Positions 39,761 through 50,428 of a DNA stretch of 64,000 bases are shown piece by piece. The notes beneath the pieces were generated by a model that made no database searches, was not told where the DNA came from, and saw only the letters and a list, made by a program, of their open reading frames with translations. Every line of letters begins with the position of its first letter. Within the stretch, counting starts at the first letter, position 1. The position numbers were made by a program, and so were the translations under genes. The stretch comes from a bacterium (GTDB lineage: Bacteria > Electryoneota > Electryoneia > Electryoneales > Electryoneaceae), in contig OY769902.1 in assembly GCA_963669175.1 (NCBI GenBank), positions 841,348 to 905,347 on the forward strand, written 5' to 3'.

Positions 39761-40699
39761 TCAGGCTTCCAATGTCCTGGGACGTTGAAAGGGTGAAGCA
39801 AACAAAGGTGTAGCAGAACGCACAAAGAAAGCGTCTTCGTCGGGTGTTATCGGCTGTTGTTCCAGATCCGGATGGTCCATCAGGCCCAGCTTATCGGGGG
39901 TGAAATGGAAAATGATGTCACTGGTTGGTGGGACCGGAATCGCATGTTGAATAGCAGCAAAGGAAACAGGTTTGTGGCTGATGATATCATACAGGTGGAG
40001 TGTTGTCCCCTGCCACTGCATGAACAACAGGCATTCCGGATCTGACAGCTTGAAAAGCGAATCCGGCACCAGGTACATGGCATGGAAAAGGAAGATATCT
40101 TCGCCTTCCAGAACGCCAAATCTGTTGGATACAGGGACGCGTTGTTTTACAAAACGCCTCACCGTTGCACGTATTTCCTCATCATTCAGATCAAGTTGTT
40201 CAAGGTCAGTAAAGTCCGCAGTATCTGATTGTAATGCCAGGCTGAAATGGGTTTCGGTTACCTGTTGAAAATCGAATCGTGGATAGAAGTCAAAGGTGCT
40301 GTTGTTGGCAAAGAGGAAGAACAGGTCTGTATCGGCCTTGTACGTCTCTATCACCTGTTTCATGAGCGTAGCGGCATGTCCACGGCCACGATATTCCGGG
40401 TGAGTCATGACGGTGCCGATCTGGACGGCGCGACGTGGTTTTCCATCCAGCATCAGGGTGAACCGGCTGGCAGACACATTGGCGATGGCGGTATCGTTCA
40501 GGAAAAGTGAAAAGGGGACATACCAGCTATCCAGGTATCCCAACTGGTAGAACTCCTCGAGAGAAAAGCCGAAAACATTGTCCAGCAACCGGTTAAATGC
40601 CGTACGATGCTGGTCATTTGCCAGGTAATCGTGTGCCAACCTGATTTCCGCCATATTATCTCTCCCTGGGATCCACTTCTGTTTACGAGATAGAAGCAA
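39761..40699 (-). CDS. GNAT family N-acetyltransferase
   Basis: Acetyl-CoA binding motif V.THPEYRGRGHAATLMKQV. Confidence 0.7.
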   Translation of the reverse strand: MLLSRKQKWIPGRDNMAEIRLAHDYLANDQHRTAFNRLLDNVFGFSLEEFYQLGYLDSWYVPFSLFLNDTAIANVSASRFTLMLDGKPRRAVQIGTVMTHPEYRGRGHAATLMKQVIETYKADTDLFFLFANNSTFDFYPRFDFQQVTETHFSLALQSDTADFTDLEQLDLNDEEIRATVRRFVKQRVPVSNRFGVLEGEDIFLFHAMYLVPDSLFKLSDPECLLFMQWQGTTLHLYDIISHKPVSFAAIQHAIPVPPTSDIIFHFTPDKLGLMDHPDLEQQPITPDEDAFFVRSATPLFASPFQRPRTLEA

Positions 40700-40745
40700 G
40701 ATGGGAATAACGAGGATCAGATTTCAACACGACAGAGAAACGTCA

Positions 40746-41000
40746 TCAGGAGTGAATATTGGAAGAGGCGCCACGTCTAGCCTGCATTCTGTTTCTTATG
40801 GATTGATAACCCGTCTGCACACGTGTTTTCATCCCATGCAGCAGCGATCTGGCCCAAGTAAATTCTGTAGCCAGAATCGCCAGCCCGAGAGCGATAAACA
40901 GCAACCCCGGTCCCGGCAATACCAGTAACACGACACCGAAAAGTATCGTGGATGTTCCGGAAATAAGCGCTATGGTTTTCTTTAGAGCTGTCGTTGCCAT
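40746..41000 (-). CDS. PGPGW-family small transmembrane protein
   Basis: LLVLPGPGLLFIALGLAILATEF motif. Two TM helices. Confidence 0.6.
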   Translation of the reverse strand: MATTALKKTIALISGTSTILFGVVLLVLPGPGLLFIALGLAILATEFTWARSLLHGMKTRVQTGYQSIRNRMQARRGASSNIHS

Positions 41001-41378
41001 GTGTATCCATGTTGTTTCTTACAAGATGCTACCAATTACACCTTGCATGGCAATAGCAGGTTTCGCAAAATTCGCCTGTTCTGAGGTTGGATAGAGCCGG
41101 TTGTTTGTCTACAAGGAATTCGCGTTCAACAATGTATCGTGGACGATCATGTGCCATTGGCAAACCAGAAGCACAACAATCCATTATATTTCATTTTACT
41201 TCAGCAATTAAACAGAAGCAGTCATTCTCATGTATTTGTTTGATTACACAATCCATAATAGTCACATAAGTAGCAAATTTTTCCATAGTTAGCCCCTCTG
41301 GAACCGCTACAATGCTATTGTGTTGGTCAGGATAAGGCTGTATACTTTACTCTGGTTCCTGGAACAACCGGAGACAAT

Positions 41379-44300
41379 ATGCCACGTTCCGATTCGCCAC
41401 AACATTCGAACCCACCCAACGATATTCAATCAGATCAGCCTTCAGCGCTATCCGACGATCTTTACGCCCGCATGCTGGATATTTCGCCATCCAGCACAGT
41501 TATTCTTGACCAATCGGGGAAGATTCTGGTTGCCAATAAGGCATTTCATGGCTTGTGGAGATATAAGGACAGCTCGCAGACAGTTGGACAGGATTGTCAA
41601 ACACTTCTCCATCTTGAGCCTGACCTTGAAAGACTGTTGGAAGGTGTCCTGAAGTCAAAGACCTGGCAGGGCGAATTTACCGGACGGAAGAAAAACAAAA
41701 CCCTCTTGATGGTGGAAGCAACCGCGCACCTGGTATCCAACGGGCAGAACAAGGCAGATTTGATAGCGATCAACTTTGTTGAAGCCGGGCGAGAACAACT
41801 GCTTCGTCGTGCGTTGAAAAGCAGCGAAAAACGGTTCCTGGATCTGATTGAAAATCTTCCGGAAGAAGTTCTTGCTCATGATATGAATGGAAATATAGTT
41901 CTTGCCAACGAACTGGCTCGCAAGAGTGCTGGCTATAGCAAAGAAGAAATCCTGAAATTGAATGTAGCCGATCTCGATGTCGGGGGACTGGACCTTGCAG
42001 AACGAGAGGCCTTCTGGCAAGGCATGGAGCCGGGGGTTCCGGTTCATGTCTTCAGCCAGATCAAACGGAAAAACGGGTTGATCATCGATGTCGAGCTTCA
42101 TCTGAATAAAATTGAACTTGATGGACAACAGGTGGTTCTGATTATTGCGCGCGATATCACAAGCAAGGATCGCGACAAGGCATTTATCCGTGAGAGTGAA
42201 GCACGTTACGCGGATATTTTTGAAGGTGTTGATTCTGGAATTATTTATGTGAACAAGCTTGGCACGGTGTTGGATGTCAATGAACGCTTCACCGAAATCA
42301 CCGGTATCCTGCCAGAACGTGTGTTAGGCAAATCCTCGTTTACTCTGGCAAAAATGTTCTTGTCCATTCGCCAGATACCCTGGATTTTCAAAATCATCAA
42401 GACAGGTTTGACCGGGGAACAGATCGGTCGTTTTGAACTCGAATTCAATGGGAAAATGCTGGAAATCAGCACACGATCAGACCCGCAACGTGCCGGCGTG
42501 ACAGGTGTTATAACAGATATCACTGATAGAAAGCAGGCTGAAAATGCAGTGCGTGAAAGTGAACGGAAATACCGTCGCCTGATCGAGATGTCCCCCTTTA
42601 TCACTCACCTTCTTTCCTTACAGAAAGGAGTTGTGTTCTGTTCATCGGGCATGGAAAAAACTCTTGGCTATACCGAGGCAATGATTTCCGAAGATCCGTT
42701 TATCTTCTTTAAAAACATTCACTCGGAAGATCGGCCCCAATTTGACAAAGCGCTGCATAAGGCCATGCAAGGACACAAGGAGATAGTCCGTTACCGGGCA
42801 AGAAACCTGAATGGGGAATGGCGCTGGCTTGAGACGCGATTGTTTGATGCCCACAGGCATGAAAACGATATCGTTATCGAATCAATATCGATAGATATTT
42901 CCGACCGGAAAAAGACAGAAGACGAACTGGAACGTCAACGCTGGATGCTGGCGGAAGCCGGGAGAATGGCACGTATTGGCGCATGGGAATACGAGGCTTA
43001 TTCAGAGATATTCAGTGTTTCCAGGGAATGGCAGCAGATCGTGGGTGTTGACAAAGCCAACCTGACCCTCGAGGAAGTACTACAGATATCCCATCCCGAC
43101 GATGCCACAGCCATGCATGATGAGTTTCAGCGTGCCATAAATGATAAAGATGAATACCATCTGACCCAGCGCATTATTCGACCGGATACCGGTGAAACTC
43201 GCTGGATATTATGTCATGCTGAAGTCCAGATGAATGATCGTGGCGATTTCTCCGGCATGGTTGGCGCTATTCAGGATATTACCGATCAACGCCAGACCGA
43301 AGATGCCTTGCGACATGCTCAGAAAATGGACGCTGTAGGCCAGTTGGCTGGAGGAGTTGCTCACGACTTCAACAACTTGCTGACAGCGATCATCGGATCT
43401 GCGGAACTGGCGCTGGGGCAAATCGAAGCGAACCACCCCCTGGTTGAGGATTTGCGTGAAATCAGCTTCACTGCAGACCGTGCCGCACAATTGACGAAAA
43501 AACTGCTTACCCTGAGTAGAAAACAACTTCCGCAGGTCACTCCTGTTAAAATGAACCATATCCTGCAGGATATGGAGAGGTTGTTGAAGCGCACCCTGGG
43601 AGAGCAGATTCTGTTTGAGTCCAGCTACGCGGACGACCTGTGGGCGATCTTGGGCGATTCCGGGCAAATGGAACAGATCATGCTCAATTTGGCGGTGAAT
43701 GCGGTTGATGCCATGCCGGCAGGCGGAACACTGAAGGTTACTACCGAAAACGTCACCCTGGATCAAATGCAGTGCATGTTGTGTTCGGAATTCGTGTCGG
43801 GTGACTATGTCCAGCTAAGCGTGAAGGATTCCGGAACAGGAATGACGCAGGAGGTTCTGGAACGCATTTTTGAACCGTTCTTTACCACCAAGGAACAGGG
43901 AAAAGGAACCGGGCTGGGATTGGCCATGGTGTATGGTATTATGGTGCAGCACAGTGGTCATTTACGCCTTATCAGCCAATCTGGATCAGGTACGGAGTTT
44001 CAATTGTATTTTCCAAAAACAGCAGAGAAAATTGTTGATAAATCTGCCCAGGAAATAGATCCGCAAACCCTGTACGGCGAAGAGACGATCCTGGTTGTTG
44101 AAGATGATCCTATTGTTCGAAAAAGCGCCGTGCGTTCCCTGGCCCGCTTCAATTACAAGGTCTTTTCCGCTGATTCTGCGTTAGACGCTCTTGCCAAAAT
44201 AAGCGGTGAGGAACTGAAACCACATCTTATCGTTACTGATGTCGCCATGCCGAAAATGAATGGGCGAGAATTTGCCGACGAGCTGAAAGAACGCGGGATT

Positions 44301-44447
44301 TATACTCCGGTGTTGTTCATGTCCGGGTACGCGCGTGACCATATACAGGTGTCCGATATCCTGGATCATGGTATTCCGTTCATAGCCAAACCATTCAAAC
44401 TACTGGATCTTATTAAGAAAGTTCGGGAAATCCTGGATTCCCTGTAA
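41379..44447 (+). CDS. hybrid sensor histidine kinase/response regulator with multiple PAS/PAC domains
   Basis: 1022 aa. At least 4 PAS. H-box [13 protein letters not shown]; G-box [12 protein letters not shown]; C-terminal receiver ILVVEDD...[11 protein letters not shown]. Confidence 0.85.
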   Translation: MPRSDSPQHSNPPNDIQSDQPSALSDDLYARMLDISPSSTVILDQSGKILVANKAFHGLWRYKDSSQTVGQDCQTLLHLEPDLERLLEGVLKSKTWQGEFTGRKKNKTLLMVEATAHLVSNGQNKADLIAINFVEAGREQLLRRALKSSEKRFLDLIENLPEEVLAHDMNGNIVLANELARKSAGYSKEEILKLNVADLDVGGLDLAEREAFWQGMEPGVPVHVFSQIKRKNGLIIDVELHLNKIELDGQQVVLIIARDITSKDRDKAFIRESEARYADIFEGVDSGIIYVNKLGTVLDVNERFTEITGILPERVLGKSSFTLAKMFLSIRQIPWIFKIIKTGLTGEQIGRFELEFNGKMLEISTRSDPQRAGVTGVITDITDRKQAENAVRESERKYRRLIEMSPFITHLLSLQKGVVFCSSGMEKTLGYTEAMISEDPFIFFKNIHSEDRPQFDKALHKAMQGHKEIVRYRARNLNGEWRWLETRLFDAHRHENDIVIESISIDISDRKKTEDELERQRWMLAEAGRMARIGAWEYEAYSEIFSVSREWQQIVGVDKANLTLEEVLQISHPDDATAMHDEFQRAINDKDEYHLTQRIIRPDTGETRWILCHAEVQMNDRGDFSGMVGAIQDITDQRQTEDALRHAQKMDAVGQLAGGVAHDFNNLLTAIIGSAELALGQIEANHPLVEDLREISFTADRAAQLTKKLLTLSRKQLPQVTPVKMNHILQDMERLLKRTLGEQILFESSYADDLWAILGDSGQMEQIMLNLAVNAVDAMPAGGTLKVTTENVTLDQMQCMLCSEFVSGDYVQLSVKDSGTGMTQEVLERIFEPFFTTKEQGKGTGLGLAMVYGIMVQHSGHLRLISQSGSGTEFQLYFPKTAEKIVDKSAQEIDPQTLYGEETILVVEDDPIVRKSAVRSLARFNYKVFSADSALDALAKISGEELKPHLIVTDVAMPKMNGREFADELKERGIYTPVLFMSGYARDHIQVSDILDHGIPFIAKPFKLLDLIKKVREILDSL

Positions 44448-44559
44448 GCATCACCTCCATTCTCGGTTTCGTAAATCAAAGGTTGCGATTCTCCGCGTTA
44501 ATTGCTAAATCCATGTATGAATCGGGAAGTGGTTTTGATCAACACAACGGGCGATACCC

Positions 44560-44814
44560 ATGAAGGAACACAAACAACAACACGATACCCAATCGCAACA
44601 GGGCAGGAATTCCGGCATGATTGTCTTCGCCGGTATTCTGATGGTTGCGGGCCTGATTATAAGCGTGATCAGTACCGTGGTTGTGTTGAAACTGTATTTC
44701 AGCAAAAAAGATGAAGCAGACCCGGTGATAGAGGAATCGTATATCGAACAGGTTGAGGCGTTACCCCTGGCGGAACTGCAAGCGCCTGACGGCTTGCTGG
44801 TGGAAATGGATTAG
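44560..44814 (+). CDS. small hypothetical membrane protein (84 aa)
   Basis: Single TM segment MIVFAGILMVAGLIISVISTVVVL. Confidence 0.3.
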   Translation: MKEHKQQHDTQSQQGRNSGMIVFAGILMVAGLIISVISTVVVLKLYFSKKDEADPVIEESYIEQVEALPLAELQAPDGLLVEMD

Positions 44815-45011
44815 TTCACGAAAGAAATGTTTCATGTTTGTGAAATCAGATTGAGATATTCCACGGTTTGATCTCAAACTCACACATTCTGATGCGACAT
44901 TGTTTTCAAGATAGATTACATCCTCAAGACTGACTATACCTTCAAGACGGAGGTTATTTTAAAGACTGATTATACATTTTTTGGGAGTGACTCAAGGTTT
45001 TTCTTATATAG

Positions 45012-46687
45012 CTACTCTTGAAAATAAAGCGTCATGATAGTATCCGACGAACGATTCATAGGTGATAGGAAAGAAGCATATGGAAAAAGGGGACAGTTTC
45101 CTTTCCCTGAAGCAAAGCCTTCCCGCTGTGAGCATGGACCGGGAAAGGTGGCTGTACCCTTTTTCTTGAGAGCAGGCAGGAATTACACGGAAAAGGGGAC
45201 AGTTTCCTTTTCCATGAATGTCTCAAGCGTATTCTGTATGAGCGCGAGGAAAAGGATCCCGTCCCCTTTTCCCGGCAATCTCTATTATGACGGAATAAAA
45301 CCGAGTTCCTATGTTAAACGACAGGCGCATCAAGTCGTGTTGGAACTGCTATCTTAGCAGTATTCCATTTTTCCAACACAAGGAGAAGCGCCATGTCGAA
45401 GAACCAAGTTATTGCAGCGGACCGTTCATTGTCTATAGGTCTGGATGTTGATTCGCAGACTTCTTTCGCCGTTGTGCTCGACACCCAGACTGGTGAAGTG
45501 CTCTTTGAGAATCGGATCAAGCATGACTCAGCCGCTTGGGAACGCTTCTTTGCCCGTTTTCCCAACTGCCGCATGTGGGCGTGTTATGAAGCGGGCCTCA
45601 CCGGCTTTGGCCTCTGTCGTTACCTGATCGGCCAAGGTGTTGACTGCCAGATCGCGCCGCCCAGCCAAGTTCCCAAAGGGGCGCAAGCGAAGCAGCAGAA
45701 GACCGATCATCTGGATGCCCTTACCTTGGCCCACATGTTCTGGACACCACCTCGTACCTGGGTACATGTCCCCACAGAACAGGAAGAGGCGGATCGTCAG
45801 TTGTCTCGCACCCGTGACCAGGTGATGAATGATCGCGTTCGGGTCAAAAACCGAATCAAGAGTCTGCTATTGTTTCACGGTTTACAGTCACCGTTTCCGC
45901 CGCAACGCTATTGGACAAAGGAATACCGGCGCTGGTTGCGAACGTGTGATTGTCTGGCTGCGACACGGATAGCCATTGATGTTGCTCTCGATGAGCTGGA
46001 GGCCATTGAACAGCAACTCAAGGTGATCACCAAAGCGATCAAGGCGATGAATGCGTCCGCAACGTATCGGGACCGTACCCAGCGCCTGTGCCAGGTGAAA
46101 GGCGTGGGCGAGCTGACCGTGAACGCCTTCGTGACCGAGATGTATCGTCCCGAACGCTTCGCATCCGGTAAGCAAGTCGGCGCACATCTTGGCTTGACGC
46201 CGTGTGAATGGTCAAGCGCCAACACACGCCATATGGGACACATTACCCACTGGGGACCGTCCCATCTACGAAAACTATTGGTCGAAGCTGCGTGGCGTTG
46301 GGTGCAAAAAGATCCGTATGCAAAGAAGAAATACGATGCGATCCATGCCGGGAAAACACGGAAAGTGGCGATCGTCGCCATGGCACGAAAACTAGCCGTG
46401 ATACTGTGGGCCATGCTGGTCAAAGAACAAGACTACAATCCTGCCTGCGTATAACCCCAGCACTGCTGGCAGGTAGGTAAAGCATAGATTGTGATTGAAT
46501 CGTCCGATGCCATTGGGAACACGCGACCCTGGTAGTTATTCTGTTGCTTGACAACGATTCGAGTTTAGGGCGCCGCTGTTCCGTGCGAACAAAAAACTTG
46601 TGCCACGAGCACGAATAGCAGAACGGCACATGGGACGATACAAAGGCTCTTTACACCCTTGACTGTTTACATAGCAGAACAGCTATA
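45012..46687 (+). mobile_element. IS110-family insertion sequence, copy 2 (1676 bp, with a 110-bp internal tandem duplication in the leader)
   Basis: Identical to copy 1 over ORF and ends. Extra leader segment 45100-45210 repeats the AAAGGGGACAGTTTCCTTTCC unit. Confidence 0.8.
45393..46454 (+). CDS. IS110 family transposase (identical to 3315-4376)
   Basis: 100% identical 353-aa product. Confidence 0.9.
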   Translation: MSKNQVIAADRSLSIGLDVDSQTSFAVVLDTQTGEVLFENRIKHDSAAWERFFARFPNCRMWACYEAGLTGFGLCRYLIGQGVDCQIAPPSQVPKGAQAKQQKTDHLDALTLAHMFWTPPRTWVHVPTEQEEADRQLSRTRDQVMNDRVRVKNRIKSLLLFHGLQSPFPPQRYWTKEYRRWLRTCDCLAATRIAIDVALDELEAIEQQLKVITKAIKAMNASATYRDRTQRLCQVKGVGELTVNAFVTEMYRPERFASGKQVGAHLGLTPCEWSSANTRHMGHITHWGPSHLRKLLVEAAWRWVQKDPYAKKKYDAIHAGKTRKVAIVAMARKLAVILWAMLVKEQDYNPACV

Positions 46688-46740
46688 CCAGATATGGTTA
46701 AGTTTTTGTACTCCGCAGGAGTACGATAAGTGAGCCCAGG

Positions 46741-46880
46741 GTTGGCAAGTAGCGTACATCCTATTCCCACCGTGAGCGCCAAACAGACGGCGCTGGACGG
46801 TGGGCTAATTCAGGGAACCACTGCCGTGGTTCTTGCACTGGCCGTTCCATCAAGTATCACATTGAAATTCCAATGGTGAA
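46741..46880. repeat. MITE-D right-end fragment abutting IS110 copy 2
   Basis: Matches 6884-7028 including hairpin CCCACCGTGAGCGCCAAACAGACGGCGCTGGACGGTGGG and terminal GTGAAATATCCGGG. Confidence 0.5.
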
Positions 46881-47014
46881 ATATCCGGGCTAATGGCAGA
46901 TTAAACAAAAAAACGGGACCGACCCTGATGAGTCAGTCCCGATTTCAAAACATCATGCTATCCGGACATCAGAATCGATGATATCCTTCAATCCTTGTTT
47001 TCTGTGAAGAGCTT

Positions 47015-47506
47015 CTAGTCATCGAGTTCACGCAACCGGCGCAGAATACCCAATGCGCTATCACCCTGTGCGATCTGGCCGATTTTCTCCATTCGTGTCA
47101 CATCCGCCTGGAATTTCTTCTTCATACGAGCTTCGTACGCGTCCTTCAGGGTTTCGATCAACTTATCCAGTTCGTACGGTTTTGGCAGATAGCCGAACGC
47201 GCCCAGGCGAGTGCATTCCACCGCGCTGTCAATAGAACCATGCCCGGTCAGAATAATCGCTTCGAGGAAAGAGTTCTCTCCTTTCAGGATTTCCATGACC
47301 TCTCGTCCGTTAAGGCCGGGCATTTTCAGGTCCAGAAGAGCGATATCGAACGGCTGTTGACGCGCCAGTTCAATCGCTTTTTCACCATTTTCCGCCTTGG
47401 TGACATCGAAGCCACGCATTTCCAGCCGTTTGGCGATGGCGTCGAGAAACTTGACTTCGTCGTCAACGATCAGGAGCTTGATGGGAGTGTCCATGTTGTA
47501 CCTCAC
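47015..47506 (-). CDS. response regulator, receiver domain with short C-terminal extension (no DNA-binding domain)
   Basis: KLLIVDDE...DLKMPGLNG...TGHG receiver signature. Confidence 0.75.
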   Translation of the reverse strand: MRYNMDTPIKLLIVDDEVKFLDAIAKRLEMRGFDVTKAENGEKAIELARQQPFDIALLDLKMPGLNGREVMEILKGENSFLEAIILTGHGSIDSAVECTRLGAFGYLPKPYELDKLIETLKDAYEARMKKKFQADVTRMEKIGQIAQGDSALGILRRLRELDD

Positions 47507-47528
47507 TATTTCTGACTATCGTTGTTTT

Positions 47529-49574
47529 CTATGACGGGAACCCGATCCACTGCCAGTACCCCAGGATTACCCATACCCACAGCACCACAAAGCTGATCAG
47601 CAGAACAAAAAATCCGTGCTTGAAGAAATCAGCCAGTGTAACAAGCTGTTCGCCTGTCACCGGATCTTTCGCCATGGCATACGCCAAAGCGTTGGAGGGT
47701 GTGCCGATGATCAGCATGTGAGCGAAACTTGACGCGAATGCGGTTGCAAAGCCGACCATCCAGGGATGGGTACCGGCGATCTGGGCCATGGGTACTGTAA
47801 TCGGCCCGATGGCGGCGACTGTTGCGCCATCACTCATGAAGTTGGTTGCCAGACCGGTGAAAATGCTGGCCGCAATGGCAAGGCCGCTGCCTTCCTGCAT
47901 AATGGGCGGCAGGATGTTGACAAAGGTGTCCGCCATAACCAGTGCAGCGCCGGTGGTCGCCAGTCCTTTCCCGATAGCGCTGGCCCCGGCATACAGGAAA
48001 ACCACTTCCCAGTGAATTTTCGCCATTTCACGCCAGGGCAGAACACGGAAAATATTCATCAATACCAGCCCCAGGATAACCGGGCCACCCATGCCCAGGG
48101 AATCGCTGGCGAAAATCCACAAGAAAATCACAATCAGCAATATGGCTGCGGTGACATATTCATCACGGTTCATCTTGCCGATTTTTTCCGCCGACTGCTT
48201 TACCATTTTCGAAGCGTTCAACTGCTTGACCTGAACCTTCGGACGGACAGCAACCAGCAGGTATATTGCGATGGACAGGCTCATCACCGGGACCATCGGG
48301 AAACCGTACTTGACCCATTCTCCAAACGACGGAGCCAGGTTGTAATCGGCCAGGATGCCGATCATGATGGCGTTTCGTCCTCCCGCTGCCGGTGATCCCG
48401 GACCGCCGGTATTGGCCGCGTAACAAACCGCCAACGCAAACAACACCATCAGCGCCTTGTCTTTCTTGATGCCTGCCGCACGACATGAGCTGGCGTACAC
48501 CATTACAAAAATCGGCATGATAAACGCCACCAGCGCATGTTCGCTAATGAAAGAACAAGTCATGGAAAGCGTAGGCATGAATACCAGCAGCAACAGCGTA
48601 AGGTTCTTCGCCGGAGAAAGCAGCAGCAATCCGATACGACGATCCAGCCCGGTACGACTGATCGCTTTTGACATGGCCAGCACGCCAAAGATGAACACCA
48701 CAGCATCCTTGGCGTACGCCTGGGCGACTTTATCAGGATCAAGCACATTGAAGCAGATCATGATCACACCCACGATCAGTGCAGTCACACCTACCGGGAC
48801 TGCGCCCGTTGCCCAGAACAAGGCTGCAATCACAATTACACCAAGCATCACTTTGGCGCGTGTGAAAACCTGCTCCGGATTCAACAGGTCTTTCTTGCCG
48901 TCTTTCTCCGTGTACAGGCTGTTCTTCTTTGCGTAATAGTGGACAATATTCTCGCCATCGGACATTTTCCGGTATTCCGAATACCCCATGTTCATATCGA
49001 CTGCGGCGTTTTCTATTCGTGGTGTTTTCGGAACAGTCAACAGCTCTTTCATCCGTTGCGGTGTGGGCATGAAAACGACTGCCGCAAATGCCAGGATACC
49101 GACCAGGATAAACAACGGGCGGGAATTATGCTGTCCCATCAGCCATTTCCACAGCGATGAACGCTCGGTTTTTACGACTTCCAACCGTTCCATGGCGTAG
49201 CCATGCTCTTCACGCGCCGCCTCGATCCGGCCTATCAGGAAGTCCAGATCCTCTACCGGTTTTTCCATATAATCGAAGGCGTCCAGCTTTCCCGCTTCCT
49301 TAGCGCTTGCCAGGCTGCCATGAGCGGTCAGCATGATGATCTGCATGGCGGGACGGAAATTCTTCAGTTCCTTCAGGGTTTGCTCGCCACTCATGCCCGG
49401 CATTTTCCGGTCGAGCAGGGCGACATCAATCGAAGCATCCTGGCGAATCAGCTTGATCGCATCATCGCCACAGGTGGCTTGTACGACTTCCAGGCCACGC
49501 ATTTCCAACCGTTTGGCCAAGGATTGACGAAACTTTTCCTCGTCGTCAATTAACAACACTTTTGGCATGTTCAC
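47529..49574 (-). CDS. receiver domain fused to anion permease (ArsB/NhaD superfamily; SLC13/CitMHS-like)
   Basis: N-terminal 120-aa REC (VLLIDDEE...DRKMPGMSG) followed by about 12 TM helices with permease-type hairpin loops. Confidence 0.7.
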   Translation of the reverse strand: MNMPKVLLIDDEEKFRQSLAKRLEMRGLEVVQATCGDDAIKLIRQDASIDVALLDRKMPGMSGEQTLKELKNFRPAMQIIMLTAHGSLASAKEAGKLDAFDYMEKPVEDLDFLIGRIEAAREEHGYAMERLEVVKTERSSLWKWLMGQHNSRPLFILVGILAFAAVVFMPTPQRMKELLTVPKTPRIENAAVDMNMGYSEYRKMSDGENIVHYYAKKNSLYTEKDGKKDLLNPEQVFTRAKVMLGVIVIAALFWATGAVPVGVTALIVGVIMICFNVLDPDKVAQAYAKDAVVFIFGVLAMSKAISRTGLDRRIGLLLLSPAKNLTLLLLVFMPTLSMTCSFISEHALVAFIMPIFVMVYASSCRAAGIKKDKALMVLFALAVCYAANTGGPGSPAAGGRNAIMIGILADYNLAPSFGEWVKYGFPMVPVMSLSIAIYLLVAVRPKVQVKQLNASKMVKQSAEKIGKMNRDEYVTAAILLIVIFLWIFASDSLGMGGPVILGLVLMNIFRVLPWREMAKIHWEVVFLYAGASAIGKGLATTGAALVMADTFVNILPPIMQEGSGLAIAASIFTGLATNFMSDGATVAAIGPITVPMAQIAGTHPWMVGFATAFASSFAHMLIIGTPSNALAYAMAKDPVTGEQLVTLADFFKHGFFVLLISFVVLWVWVILGYWQWIGFPS

Positions 49575-49583
49575 ATCTCCCGA

Positions 49584-50171
49584 TCACGATTCGTGGTGGT
49601 TGTTCCGTTCACATTCGCGAAGATTTTCGCAGACAGTATCGAAAACGTCCGAAAGACGTAAAATCCCGGTGACATTGCCCTGCCGCGTAACCAGCAGGGA
49701 CAGGGTGTTGTGCTTGTTCATCAGGCGGAGGGCTTCCATCAGGCTGGCGTCTTCCGCAATGTTGATGGTTCCCGGAACGCAGACATCACGAACTTTGATG
49801 TGCGCGGCCAGCTCGCACAGGTCCATGGTCTCGCTTTCCAGCATCTCCATGGCGTCCATGGCGCGAGACACCAGCTCTTCATCAATGTTGGCTCGTTGAA
49901 CCACACTCTGTTCAAAGGCGGCACGGTGATGTGGCAGCAGCGCTTGCAGGAAAGCGTGATAACCCAGCTTTCCGACAAATTCGCCCTTCCTGTTCCGTAC
50001 CAGCACAGCACGGTGTTTCTGCATGCCTTCCTGCAGCTTGGCCTGGGCGGCGTCCAATGCGTGTAACGCATCCAGCAGGGTCGCGTCGTCGTTTACCACG
50101 GCATACAACGACAATGGCAGCATGATCTCTTGTACCTGAATTCGAAACGGCATCGTGTTCTCCTCGCACAT
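49584..50171 (-). CDS. CBS domain pair protein
   Basis: Two tandem CBS motifs (V.ELM...V.D..G...GI.T..D). Confidence 0.7.
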   Translation of the reverse strand: MCEENTMPFRIQVQEIMLPLSLYAVVNDDATLLDALHALDAAQAKLQEGMQKHRAVLVRNRKGEFVGKLGYHAFLQALLPHHRAAFEQSVVQRANIDEELVSRAMDAMEMLESETMDLCELAAHIKVRDVCVPGTINIAEDASLMEALRLMNKHNTLSLLVTRQGNVTGILRLSDVFDTVCENLRECERNNHHES

Positions 50172-50428
50172 GACGTGCGTTCGGTGTCGAATCTTCTCTT
50201 CGCTTGTTCGTATGCTTTTTGCTTACTCGTAAAACTCAAACTCATTATTTCCCTCGAGATCCCCGTTCAAGCCGGGGATGACATCTGAGAACAATACCTT
50301 TATTCCAGACAGACGGGTCTTTTATTAGAAATTTTATCTCCCACATCCCTGATCATGTGCAAGTTTGGCCCGACTGCTTGCTGTCGGGATGCTCTTCGCG
50401 CAGAACCTGAACACGAGTAATGCGCGAC

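Noticed and set aside
3039-46687. Composite transposon formed by the two IS110 copies
   Set aside because: IS110-family elements lack terminal IRs and are not known to mobilise intervening DNA as composites. The flanks of the two copies differ and show no shared target duplication, so this is treated only as a recombination substrate.
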